DNA of 64,000 nt from Leptogorgia sarmentosa. Taxonomy: Eukaryota. This document shows positions 50,869-59,854 of this stretch, piece after piece. The position numbers and the translations under genes are program-made. How positions within the stretch are numbered: position 1 is the stretch's first letter; every line of letters begins with the position of its first letter. The DNA lies in the NCBI GenBank assembly GCA_964658305.1, contig OZ210885.1, positions 6,758,001 through 6,822,000 of the forward strand, written 5' to 3'. The notes beneath the pieces were generated by a model. It saw only the letters and a program-made list of their open reading frames with translations, searched no databases and had not been told where the DNA came from.

Positions 50869-51369
50869 ATGACACAAACAGGATATGGTGTTGGGGGTAT
50901 ATTTCGTGGTAAAAATGTCTCAGCTGTGGGAAATGTACTTAAACCTGTTTTGGGGGAAATAGGAAAGATTGGAGTTGAAGTGGGTGGAGAGTTGTTAAAA
51001 AATATGGTTGCTGGTGTAATTGACGGTAAATCCGTGAAGGATGCAGCGCGTGAAAGTGGGAAACAGGCTGCAATACAATCAGTAGATCTTGCGGGAAAAA
51101 GAACTATAAAGGCTATAAAAGAGAAAGACAAACCAGCAAAACGTGCAAAGGTAGAGAAGAAAAAACCAAAAAAGAAAACAAAAAAGTCTCAAAAAGGGGG
51201 TGGGTTTTTTATCGAAGGACGTAAGGCGAGGGAACCTAGTTGGAGTGATTTGGACCCCATGTTTCAAATGGGTGGGAAAAAGAGAAAAGGTGTTCGTAGA
51301 AATGGTAAAGGTGTGTTTCCGAGATCAAAACAGAGAAAGTCTTTACCCGCAAAGGATATATTTGGTTAA
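50869..51369 (+). CDS. Basic core-like protein (PZ-type)
   Basis: QTGYGVGGIF start, Lys/Arg-rich, DIFG end. Lies between penton and MCP. Confidence 0.75.
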   Translation: MTQTGYGVGGIFRGKNVSAVGNVLKPVLGEIGKIGVEVGGELLKNMVAGVIDGKSVKDAARESGKQAAIQSVDLAGKRTIKAIKEKDKPAKRAKVEKKKPKKKTKKSQKGGGFFIEGRKAREPSWSDLDPMFQMGGKKRKGVRRNGKGVFPRSKQRKSLPAKDIFG

Positions 51370-51427
51370 ATAAAGAAAGAGTATTCACATTTAGTTTAAC
51401 ATTGAATCAGTGAGGAGGTCCTCAAAA

Positions 51428-52816
51428 ATGAATTACGTACACAAAAACTCAAAACGCTGTGGTAAAACAGAGGTTGAATTATTTAACATTCCACCTACAC
51501 AAGCAAGTTTGGAGAAAGGTCGTTGGATTGAGTACCACCCCCTTTCAAGTGTTGAGAATGATGACGGTCCTATTACATTTCTGGTTACGGGCGATGATGA
51601 CTATATTGACTTATCTAAAACAATTTTGGTTGTTGAGGGAAAAGTGGTAAAGGCTGACGGCTCGGATTTGGATGGAGCAGCACAATCAAACATTGCCCCA
51701 GCCAACAACTTTTTACACACAATGTTTAAACAAGTTGATGTGTACATGAATGGAAAGCAAGTAACACCTGCCATAGGAACATACCCTTACCGTGCCTATT
51801 TGGAAACATTGTTGAATTATGATGTTACCGCCAAACAATCACAGCTTACGTCTGCATTATACTACAAAGACACACCGGGAAAAATGGATGATACAGGAAG
51901 CCTTCCGGGAGAAAAAACATTAACCATATCGGGTACTGATCATAAAGTTATGACACCAGGAAGCGGAAATCAAGGTTTTGCTAAAAGACATCAGCTTGTA
52001 CGTGACGGAAAGCTTCTCACAATGGAGGGACCCGTTTTTGTTGATGCGTTTATGAGCGATCGTCTCTTGTTGGATCGGGTGAATGTTAAATTGATTCTCA
52101 ACCGAAGCCCTGATCAATTTTGTCTTACGGATAAAAACACAACCCCCATTAATGCCAAAGTGAAGTTGACCGATGTTATTCTTAAAGTTCGTAAAGTTCG
52201 TGTGAGTCAAGCTGTTCATGCAGCCCATACAACCGCACTAAAAAGAATGCCTGCTATCTACCCCACACGCCGTGTTGAGTGTAAATCGTTTGTTGTACCT
52301 GGAAATGTTCCATCTATAAGGAAGGATAACATTTTTACAGGAACAATACCAAAAACATTTGTTTTTGGTCTTGTGGATGCCACAGCTTTCAATGGAACTT
52401 ATGGAACAAATCCATTTAATTTCAAAAATTATGGTGTAACATCTGTGACACTTACAGTAAATGGGGAGGAGTTACCTTTCAAACAATTCAATTTGAATTA
52501 CACAAATAATAAAGAGCATTTTATGCAGGCATATGGTACTTTGTTCTCTGGTACAGGGAAAATGAATTACAATACAGGACTTGATATTTCCCGTGAAGAT
52601 TATCCTAGAGGTTACACCATCTATGCTTTTGACTTAACTCCCGACATGTGTGGTTCTTCTCCCTATTTTAATGCTGTACAGCACGGTGCATTGACAGTTG
52701 ACATAACATTTGCCACAGCACCAACAGAAGCTCTTGCTCTTGTGTGTTACGGAGATTTTGAAAATATTATACAGATTGATGGTGACAGAAATGTAATGTA
52801 TGACATGTCGTCATGA
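51428..52816 (+). CDS. Major capsid protein (double jelly-roll)
   Basis: ELF.IPPTQ, YPYRAYLETLLNY, NPFNF, AFDLTPD. ~462 aa from ATG 51428. Confidence 0.93.
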   Translation: MNYVHKNSKRCGKTEVELFNIPPTQASLEKGRWIEYHPLSSVENDDGPITFLVTGDDDYIDLSKTILVVEGKVVKADGSDLDGAAQSNIAPANNFLHTMFKQVDVYMNGKQVTPAIGTYPYRAYLETLLNYDVTAKQSQLTSALYYKDTPGKMDDTGSLPGEKTLTISGTDHKVMTPGSGNQGFAKRHQLVRDGKLLTMEGPVFVDAFMSDRLLLDRVNVKLILNRSPDQFCLTDKNTTPINAKVKLTDVILKVRKVRVSQAVHAAHTTALKRMPAIYPTRRVECKSFVVPGNVPSIRKDNIFTGTIPKTFVFGLVDATAFNGTYGTNPFNFKNYGVTSVTLTVNGEELPFKQFNLNYTNNKEHFMQAYGTLFSGTGKMNYNTGLDISREDYPRGYTIYAFDLTPDMCGSSPYFNAVQHGALTVDITFATAPTEALALVCYGDFENIIQIDGDRNVMYDMSS

Positions 52817-53316
52817 ATACTCAACAAATAGAACGTGCCTTGGAACATAATTCAAAAACATCAAAGACATTTTGTGGTGTGTTTCCCGCCGACCAGTTAC
52901 CAAAATCCTTAAGCACATTCCCTTGTGGGTTTGTAGCTAATACAGATCCCTCTACAAAACCTGGAACACATTGGGTGGTGTTTTACTTTCCCACACGCAA
53001 CACTGGAGAATTTTTTGATAGTTATGGACAACCCCCGGAACATTATAACAAATCTTTTAAAACTTATTTTAATTCTGTTGAATGGAAATATAATACACGA
53101 AAATTACAAAGTTCATGGACTGAAGTGTGCGGTCACTATTGTGTTTTTTACTTATATCAGAGAGCTTGTGGACGTAATATGAGTGAGATTGTAAATATGT
53201 TTGGAAATAATGCCTTGTTTAACGATCGTAATGTGTCGTGTTATGTTAAAAAACACTTTGATATTACTAGCAAATCCATTTGTGGACTTAGTCAATGTTG
53301 TAAAAGATTACTTTAA
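52813..53316 (+). CDS. Adenain-like cysteine maturation protease
   Basis: NTD...PGTHWV, FFDSYG, Q.....VCGHYC. ATGA overlap with the MCP stop. Confidence 0.93.
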   Translation: MNTQQIERALEHNSKTSKTFCGVFPADQLPKSLSTFPCGFVANTDPSTKPGTHWVVFYFPTRNTGEFFDSYGQPPEHYNKSFKTYFNSVEWKYNTRKLQSSWTEVCGHYCVFYLYQRACGRNMSEIVNMFGNNALFNDRNVSCYVKKHFDITSKSICGLSQCCKRLL

Positions 53317-53385
53317 ATAAAAAATTCAACTTTCCAAATAATGTTTTATTCATTTTTCAACAACAATAATTATTTACAAAAAAAG

Positions 53386-54141
53386 TTATCCTTTATAACA
53401 CTCCCATTTAGGTGTTTTTTCCCCTTGTTGTTTTCCCCGACCCTTTTGTTTTTTTGCTCTCGCTATTCTTGCTCTTCTTGCTATTCTCGCTTTTCTTGCT
53501 TTCTCTCTTTTCGCTCTCTCTCTTTTCGCTCTTTTTGCTTTATACTTTTTGTACCCTTCTTCACCCAGTTCCTTTTTTGTCATCCAATCTGCTGCTTTGT
53601 ATACAACCGGTTTCCCTAGTTTGGCAATCCCTGCAGCCATATCATCCATCCATCTTATAATTCCTCCCTTTTGGTTGACTTTTCGCTTTGGTTTACAATT
53701 ATTCATGCTTCCCTCGTTTCTTACAAGATCTCTTGGCACGTTTAAGTCACTTAACACACTAAAAAACTCTTCTGAACCTGTAGGGTTAAAGTTTTTACGT
53801 GATCTCATAGCATTGGAAACTAAATCCGAAATGTTTGATTTTTGTATGAGGGTTCCATTTATAGTAACTTGTCCCATATCATCCCAGGAAATAGCATCAG
53901 GTTTTGTTTTTAGGTGCTCTAAGAGGGCGGTAGCTCTGTTTTTCATAGTCTTTGGAATTCCACGAACAATAATATCATTTGATAACTCCCTTTCCTCCTC
54001 TTTTTTCCCATAACCATACTGTCCAGTATTGGGTGTGTAGGGTGTGTAGGGTGTAATATCTATATACGGGTGTGTTCCACCCCCTTTTTGTTGCTCATAT
54101 TGAATAAGTTTCTCTTCAGGAATCAAAACCATACGCTTCAT
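53386..54141 (-). CDS. Conserved Polinton protein with basic tail
   Basis: M.LIP, ISWDD.G, SNISDLV, P.G...F motifs; Arg/Lys-rich C-terminus. Confidence 0.75.
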   Translation of the reverse strand: MKRMVLIPEEKLIQYEQQKGGGTHPYIDITPYTPYTPNTGQYGYGKKEEERELSNDIIVRGIPKTMKNRATALLEHLKTKPDAISWDDMGQVTINGTLIQKSNISDLVSNAMRSRKNFNPTGSEEFFSVLSDLNVPRDLVRNEGSMNNCKPKRKVNQKGGIIRWMDDMAAGIAKLGKPVVYKAADWMTKKELGEEGYKKYKAKRAKRERAKREKARKARIARRARIARAKKQKGRGKQQGEKTPKWECYKG

Positions 54142-54473
54142 CCCCGACCAGTAATTGCTGCAATAGCTAAAGGTACGAGTACTGACGCTAAGACAGCACC
54201 TCCCCCACTACCTTTTTGAGTGAGAAACCTTCTCTTTGCTTTCTCTGCTACTCTGTTACTTGCAAGGCTGCGTAGTTGATTTTTGTAACGAGCTAGACGC
54301 TTTTTTTGTTTTGGGGATATTTTTATAGCCCCTTTAAGCACGTTTAAAATAATTTCAGAAATAGCTTTAATCAAATCCTTTGGTGCGTGCTGGAGGATGG
54401 CGTTACGCAGTGCAGGTTTTGATGTTGCTAATGTCTGAAGGAGCGGTAGGGTTCTTTTCACATACGAAGACAT
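54138..54473 (-). CDS. Small basic Polinton protein (PW-type)
   Basis: ISEI.LNVLKG, L.QKG.GG, hydrophobic C-terminus. Confidence 0.75.
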   Translation of the reverse strand: MSSYVKRTLPLLQTLATSKPALRNAILQHAPKDLIKAISEIILNVLKGAIKISPKQKKRLARYKNQLRSLASNRVAEKAKRRFLTQKGSGGGAVLASVLVPLAIAAITGRG

Positions 54474-54503
54474 CCTATAAATGAGTAACATATGCTACGT
54501 GCA

Positions 54504-55205
54504 CTACATATGTATACCACTCACAACAAGATTAAGAAGCACATCAACATCCACAGAAACATTTGAAATGTTTGGAGTTACGGTAAATGTCATTTCGGTA
54601 ACAATGTCTTCCTTAAGCGAAACTACTGGATGGTTTTCGTTAAAACTGGAAACAGAGGAATTTAGACGTGTACCAGGTGGGATGGGTAGATAAGCAATGT
54701 TTGTACTTGTGTTTCCATTCGTGTCAACATTTCGTTCCGGGTTTGCAAGATCACATGTAACTGTTAGGTATTTTAATCCACGATTGACGTCAACAGCATT
54801 TGGTGATCTTAAGACTGTGTCATGGGGTATGTTCTCGTTAGCAGGAAACCCAATTAGTTGACCAAGATTTTTTAAGTTTAGGGTTTTACCGTTTTTATTT
54901 TCAATGTCGCACGTGTTATTGGATATGACAGCAGTAAGATTAATTTTACTCTCTTTTAATCGCTCCTTAATAAGTTCAAAATCCCAATATCCCACACCGA
55001 TCTCTTTTTCCACACCATCAATTGTAAATTTGTTATTTGCAGATGTAACATTTTTGAATTTCCAAAAAACAGTAGCCTGTTTTAACTGTATTGTTGTATC
55101 ATTTCGTGTTAAAAAAGGTTCATTTAATGTCAATTTTTTTGTACCACCGGTAACAAATACAGTGATGTTTCTTGATATCATTATTGTACGTAACACATTA
55201 CACAA
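54504..55205 (-). CDS. Probable second penton-like (single jelly-roll) protein
   Basis: LGQLIGF, VDVN...YLTVTCDL, IAYLPI parallel the ILGF...VYCDIV...LLGIV pattern of 50108-50866. Confidence 0.55.
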   Translation of the reverse strand: MCNVLRTIMISRNITVFVTGGTKKLTLNEPFLTRNDTTIQLKQATVFWKFKNVTSANNKFTIDGVEKEIGVGYWDFELIKERLKESKINLTAVISNNTCDIENKNGKTLNLKNLGQLIGFPANENIPHDTVLRSPNAVDVNRGLKYLTVTCDLANPERNVDTNGNTSTNIAYLPIPPGTRLNSSVSSFNENHPVVSLKEDIVTEMTFTVTPNISNVSVDVDVLLNLVVSGIHM

Positions 55206-55224
55206 ATGAATACAAGCTTTGTTT

Positions 55225-55851
55225 TCACTTCTTTATATACACAATTTGTCTTTCTCCAGGTAGAATGTTGGTACGTAATCGTAAATTCTCAGGAGTTTGA
55301 GGGTGACAATCAATAAGTAAATAACTATGTGGTTGTTTTGTGGCATCATGAAAGGAATCCAATAAGTAGTTAGTTTGCCTCGGGTACATTTGTTTAGCTA
55401 ATGTTGCAATCCCTAAAGAGTCACGTGCATTTTTAAAGACAATAATGTAGTGACAATTTAAGCTAATGGTTCTTGATAATTTTCCTGGAGGAAATAGGTT
55501 CTGTGTAAGGTATAGTACAGAAATGCCTTTATGATGAGATCCACGCGTAAATAGGTCGGAAACACGCTGATCTTTTGAACACTCCCCCATAAGATCATCC
55601 AATACCACAAGAGAATTGTCATGTCCTTGAGTTAACTCATTCAGATTTGACGGAAATCCCTCGATCAACTCCACATTTTGCAATTCTGCAAACTCTTTCT
55701 GATACTCCCCATAGCAATAAATAATCTTTGTAGGAACAGGATTAAACAATGTTAAATGTTGTAGTAATTTACGAACAAAAAACGATTTCCCACTTTGACT
55801 CTGTCCCGAGACGTAAAAATTAGCAGGTAACTTAAACCTTACGTCCATCAC
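55225..55851 (-). CDS. A32/FtsK-like genome packaging ATPase
   Basis: Walker A GQSQSGKS, Walker B VVLDD, SHH, LTQNLF, RTISLN. Confidence 0.95.
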   Translation of the reverse strand: MMDVRFKLPANFYVSGQSQSGKSFFVRKLLQHLTLFNPVPTKIIYCYGEYQKEFAELQNVELIEGFPSNLNELTQGHDNSLVVLDDLMGECSKDQRVSDLFTRGSHHKGISVLYLTQNLFPPGKLSRTISLNCHYIIVFKNARDSLGIATLAKQMYPRQTNYLLDSFHDATKQPHSYLLIDCHPQTPENLRLRTNILPGERQIVYIKK

Positions 55852-55862
55852 GGTATAGTGTC

Positions 55863-56411
55863 TTATACTTCAAATCGGGTAAAGTGTAGAATTTTATAGA
55901 ACAAATAACGCACCCGGATTTTATAGTACAAATAACGTACAGCACCCTGCGCTATCTCCCACACTCTCCATTGTCTTGCTAATCCTCCAATAACATTAGC
56001 AATAACATAACACTGACAAAAAACAGGGTCCAAGCGACGACACACATAACGATGTAAAAATCGGTGTATAATATTTCGTGCCACTGTGTAATTATCCAAA
56101 ACGGACCTCTCTCTCTTGTACTTTGATATGTCAATGTTTTTCAATACAGGGATTGTAAGTTGTACCACATCACGCTTTTGCTGATCCGTAAAATTTTGTA
56201 AATGTACCACTGTCAAAAAAACCATCACATGACCAAAGGAACGGGGTTGTAGTTGATTCCATACCACAAATAAATCTTCATAGGACACTGTATCTAAAAA
56301 CTTTTCATACACGGTTTGATAATCATTATATGCCCTATTGATAAAATAAGATAGTGTTGTTTTATCAATGTCAACACCACTCTTACGTAGCTCGTCAACT
56401 ATTACATCCAT
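55863..56411 (-). CDS. Helical accessory protein, weakly Bcl-2-like
   Basis: LFVVWNQL..RSFGHVMVFL resembles a BH1 region. Weak. Confidence 0.4.
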   Translation of the reverse strand: MDVIVDELRKSGVDIDKTTLSYFINRAYNDYQTVYEKFLDTVSYEDLFVVWNQLQPRSFGHVMVFLTVVHLQNFTDQQKRDVVQLTIPVLKNIDISKYKRERSVLDNYTVARNIIHRFLHRYVCRRLDPVFCQCYVIANVIGGLARQWRVWEIAQGAVRYLYYKIRVRYLFYKILHFTRFEV

Positions 56412-56579
56412 ACTGTAAACATACTGAAAAAGTAATCAATATCACACCCTTATATAAGATTAACCACACATAAAATAACCGTGTGTAAATTGTGTGTAGG
56501 TTAAATAACCACACATAAAATAACTGCATGTAAATTGTGTATATAAAGAGAGAGTTGCCTTACTCACCTAATTTACAAG

Positions 56580-56897
56580 ATGTGTTTCTGTGATGGAATG
56601 TACTTTATTATCACAAACAAAACAACTGGAGACACGCACTATGTAAATGGAGATGATGACATACATAGATTCTTTGGAGGTTTTTACTCCATACCACAAC
56701 TATTTCATCGTATGATAAAGAGAGAGCAAATTCATTGGGAAGAAAACTATTACACTCTGGGTGTCAACTCTCATCCTGAATGCGAACAATTAAGACGAAC
56801 AATCGCAAAGTATGGGGATTCAAGTCTAAAGGATGGTGGTTTTTGGGGAAAGTGTCCGGATAAGTATCGTCATATGTTACCAAAAGAGAGACAATAA
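56580..56897 (+). CDS. Unknown accessory protein
   Basis: ATG ORF downstream of TATATAA; stop codon overlaps AATAAA. Confidence 0.55.
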   Translation: MCFCDGMYFIITNKTTGDTHYVNGDDDIHRFFGGFYSIPQLFHRMIKREQIHWEENYYTLGVNSHPECEQLRRTIAKYGDSSLKDGGFWGKCPDKYRHMLPKERQ

Positions 56898-56941
56898 ATA
56901 CTGTTTAACAATGTTTAATAAAAATGTTGTATATATTTACA

Positions 56942-59541
56942 TTAAAAACCGTATGGTAGCGTCCTATAATTGTCAACAATAACACGTTTATCATATACAA
57001 TTCGATAATCTTTTTTCATTCTCTTCGTTACAATGTTTTTCTCTTTTCTGTTTCTTGTGATTTTAAACGGAATATCGATTGTTACTTTTGCTTGAGAGTT
57101 ACACTCTGTGTGTAAGTATACGAGTGAGCGAATAACGTTGGGATTTATCTTCTGGAGTGTGGCGTGGTTTAAGGTAATTCCCCTCACTTTTGTCTCCGAC
57201 TTCCCTCCGGCTGTGTGGTAAGCATAGTTCTTGGGTCCTCCAGATATAAACGTAGTGATATGGTCGCCACCCAATTCATCAGTCAAATCACCAAGATAAT
57301 TTCCCAAGGGGGGATCTGGTTCATCAGGCTTTGACACGTATATAACCGAGTCCGTATCGTAATAAAGCACACGTTCCTGTAGCATGTCCAATAAATCGTA
57401 CAGTTTCAAACGGGCATACGCTGTAGTAAAAGCTGCCACAACCACATTTGCCTTGCTGTTTGGTTCTTCAAAATCGGTAGCGCTTTTGTATTGCACTTCA
57501 ACCATGTTATCACTAACTATACGGGTATTTGTCACTTCAAACTCATCAGAGGTCAAAAGATCGAAGTACTTCTGTGGTTCTGTTATCATTTCGGTCTTAC
57601 CCAAATTTCCCCTCTGACCGAATTTACCTAAAATAGAAAATCATAGTGAATATAGTATAGAGAGTGGGGGTTCTGCGGCGGGCGGTGCACTTACCCCAAA
57701 ATGAATTTAACATAAGTTTAGATAAGGCCCTTAAACCAGGATTGTGTACAATCTTCTCAGGACCCAAGGCAATCCCCTCGTGTTCCAAGTACTCATCAAT
57801 ATATGCTTGCTTCTGTTCCGGTGTTGTACAGTCTTTTGGATAACCACTAGCCTCTTGTTTAATCTTTAGAAAGGTATCCACATACCCCTTAAACAACCCA
57901 TCGGACTGCTTCGGAAAATGCCAAACTTCGTGTAGTTGTAAAATTTGATACCCCTTCTCTAACGCTTTTAACAGTTCAATATGACACCATGTACCAAGAA
58001 TAGCTCTTTCCGAATCCGTGTGGGTGCAAGTGTTTTGGTTGGTGGTATCAACACACGCTTTACATAACGGGAAGGTTAATTTACCGGGGGTGCGATAGGG
58101 TAAAACAGGGTGGAACAACCCACGAGGTGGTAACACTGTACACTTTATAAGACCAAAGTATGTTGAAATGTCCTCAAAGTTTTCGGTAATGATTTCAGGA
58201 TGTCCCACAACCATACGTGTTGACTTGTTACACCATGGATACAAACTCGTAAAATCCACATACTTTATTCTCTCTCCGTTCTCACACTGGTGAAACAACT
58301 TTGCCGCATTTGTACGCCCACCAAAAAATGCTTCACGAGGTTGTAGAGGATCCACTAAACTATGCTCTTCAAAATGACGTCGCATCTCTTCGTCTTCATT
58401 CAACTCCTTTTTTAGATTGCACTCCCACTTCTCCACAATATTATAGCCCACCTCCTTCAAGTATTGAACTTTCTTTTTTGTTTCAACATAAAGATCGTGC
58501 ATAGTTTTCCCGTTTATATGGTTTACGGTATTGCGTGTGTAACATGTTAAACACCCTAAAACAAAAAGATATTTAAGTATACAAACCCCTCTATGCATAC
58601 AAAAAAGTTTTACTCACCATGCCAAAAACACCCTTGAAACTCATACACTGTGTTTGACTCCTCGTGATACCCATCAAAGGAGTACTTGCCATCACGCCTC
58701 TCACCCCCATTTCTCACATGTTCAATACATATACCCTCTTTTTCGGATACGTATGATAACCACTTTATTGCTGTGTTGGATTGCTTTACTTTCAAATCCC
58801 GTTTGGAATCAAAAATAGCAATTGTGTTTTCCTTTAAAAAGTTAGTGCGGTAAACCAATTGACAAGCACTAGCAATTGTTAAACACTTTTCAAACGGATC
58901 AATCTCTGTGCTATATGGACTATACATAGGTTTGGTTCATGAACACCATTCTCTTGGCGACACTCGTAGTCAAAGAAAAACAGTTGATCGTAACTTTCCT
59001 TCTCACTTCCCTTTTTCTTTTCAGGTTTTGTCATGTAGCAATAATGTGTATCTTCATCGTCAATGATCTTCTCACACGTTTTACATTTTGTTTGCAAACA
59101 TAAGTGATTTTGTAAGTGATGAACTCTTAGAGATTTTCCGCATCTTGGACACCCCTTTACTTGTTGACACACAGACTGACCACCACCAATAAGTTCCTTA
59201 TGACGGTCATAGCACGTCTGGCTCTTAAACATTCTACCGCAATCCAAACAATCTCTTGAATCACCCCACAAGCAATTCAGCCCACGACACATTTTGCATT
59301 GGCTATCGCATAAATGATCCACAGTATGATCATATGACTTCCGACACATATGACAAAAATAGCTTCGACTTAAAAACGCTGGCATTGACGTAATAACATC
59401 GTAGTGGTTATTATGTAGGTATAGGTAAACACGTTTTACCTCCCTTTCGATAGGTTGTGAAGGATAAATGATTGTATTTCCTGCATCCATTGAAACAATG
59501 TTTATCTCATACTCATTAAGGTACTTTTGAAACTGCTTCAC
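56942..59541 (-). pseudogene. polB: Protein-primed family B DNA polymerase with two introns, an internal exonuclease deletion and a 5' truncation
   Basis: DFTSLYP, KLMLNSFWG|KFGQ, YYDTDS, PKNY. Introns 57628-57694 and 58556-58617. ExoI (FFDYEC) is joined out of frame to IDPF..TIASAC near 58913. Confidence 0.95.
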
Positions 59542-59544
59542 CTT

Positions 59545-59722
59545 GTTCCCACCCCCCTTTTTAATAACTGGTTCCCACCCCCTTTTTAATAACTGGTTCC
59601 CACCCCCTTTTTAATAACTGGTTCCCACCCCCTTTTTAATAACTGGTTCCCACCCCCCTTTTTAATAACTGGTTCCCACCCCCCTTTTTAATAACTGGTT
59701 CCCACCCCCCTTTTTAATAACT
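59545..59722. repeat. 25-26-bp tandem repeat x7
   Basis: Unit GTTCCCACCCCC(C)TTTTTAATAACTG. Confidence 0.95.
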
Positions 59723-59854
59723 CACAAAAAAATTATTATAAAAACAATTTATTACTTTGTAAAACTCTACTTTAAAAATACAACAAAGTGTATAAAAATT
59801 CACTACAAAAATTCGCTAATTTGTATAAAAATTTACTACAAAAATTCACTAATT

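Noticed and set aside
58879..58927. Third polB intron or programmed frameshift
   Set aside because: No GT-AG pair restores the missing ExoII/III motifs, and the sequence is simply absent, so a deletion fits better.
59545..59722. CRISPR-like appearance of the tandem arrays (also 41401 and 61891)
   Set aside because: No unique spacers, no cas genes, and a eukaryotic context.
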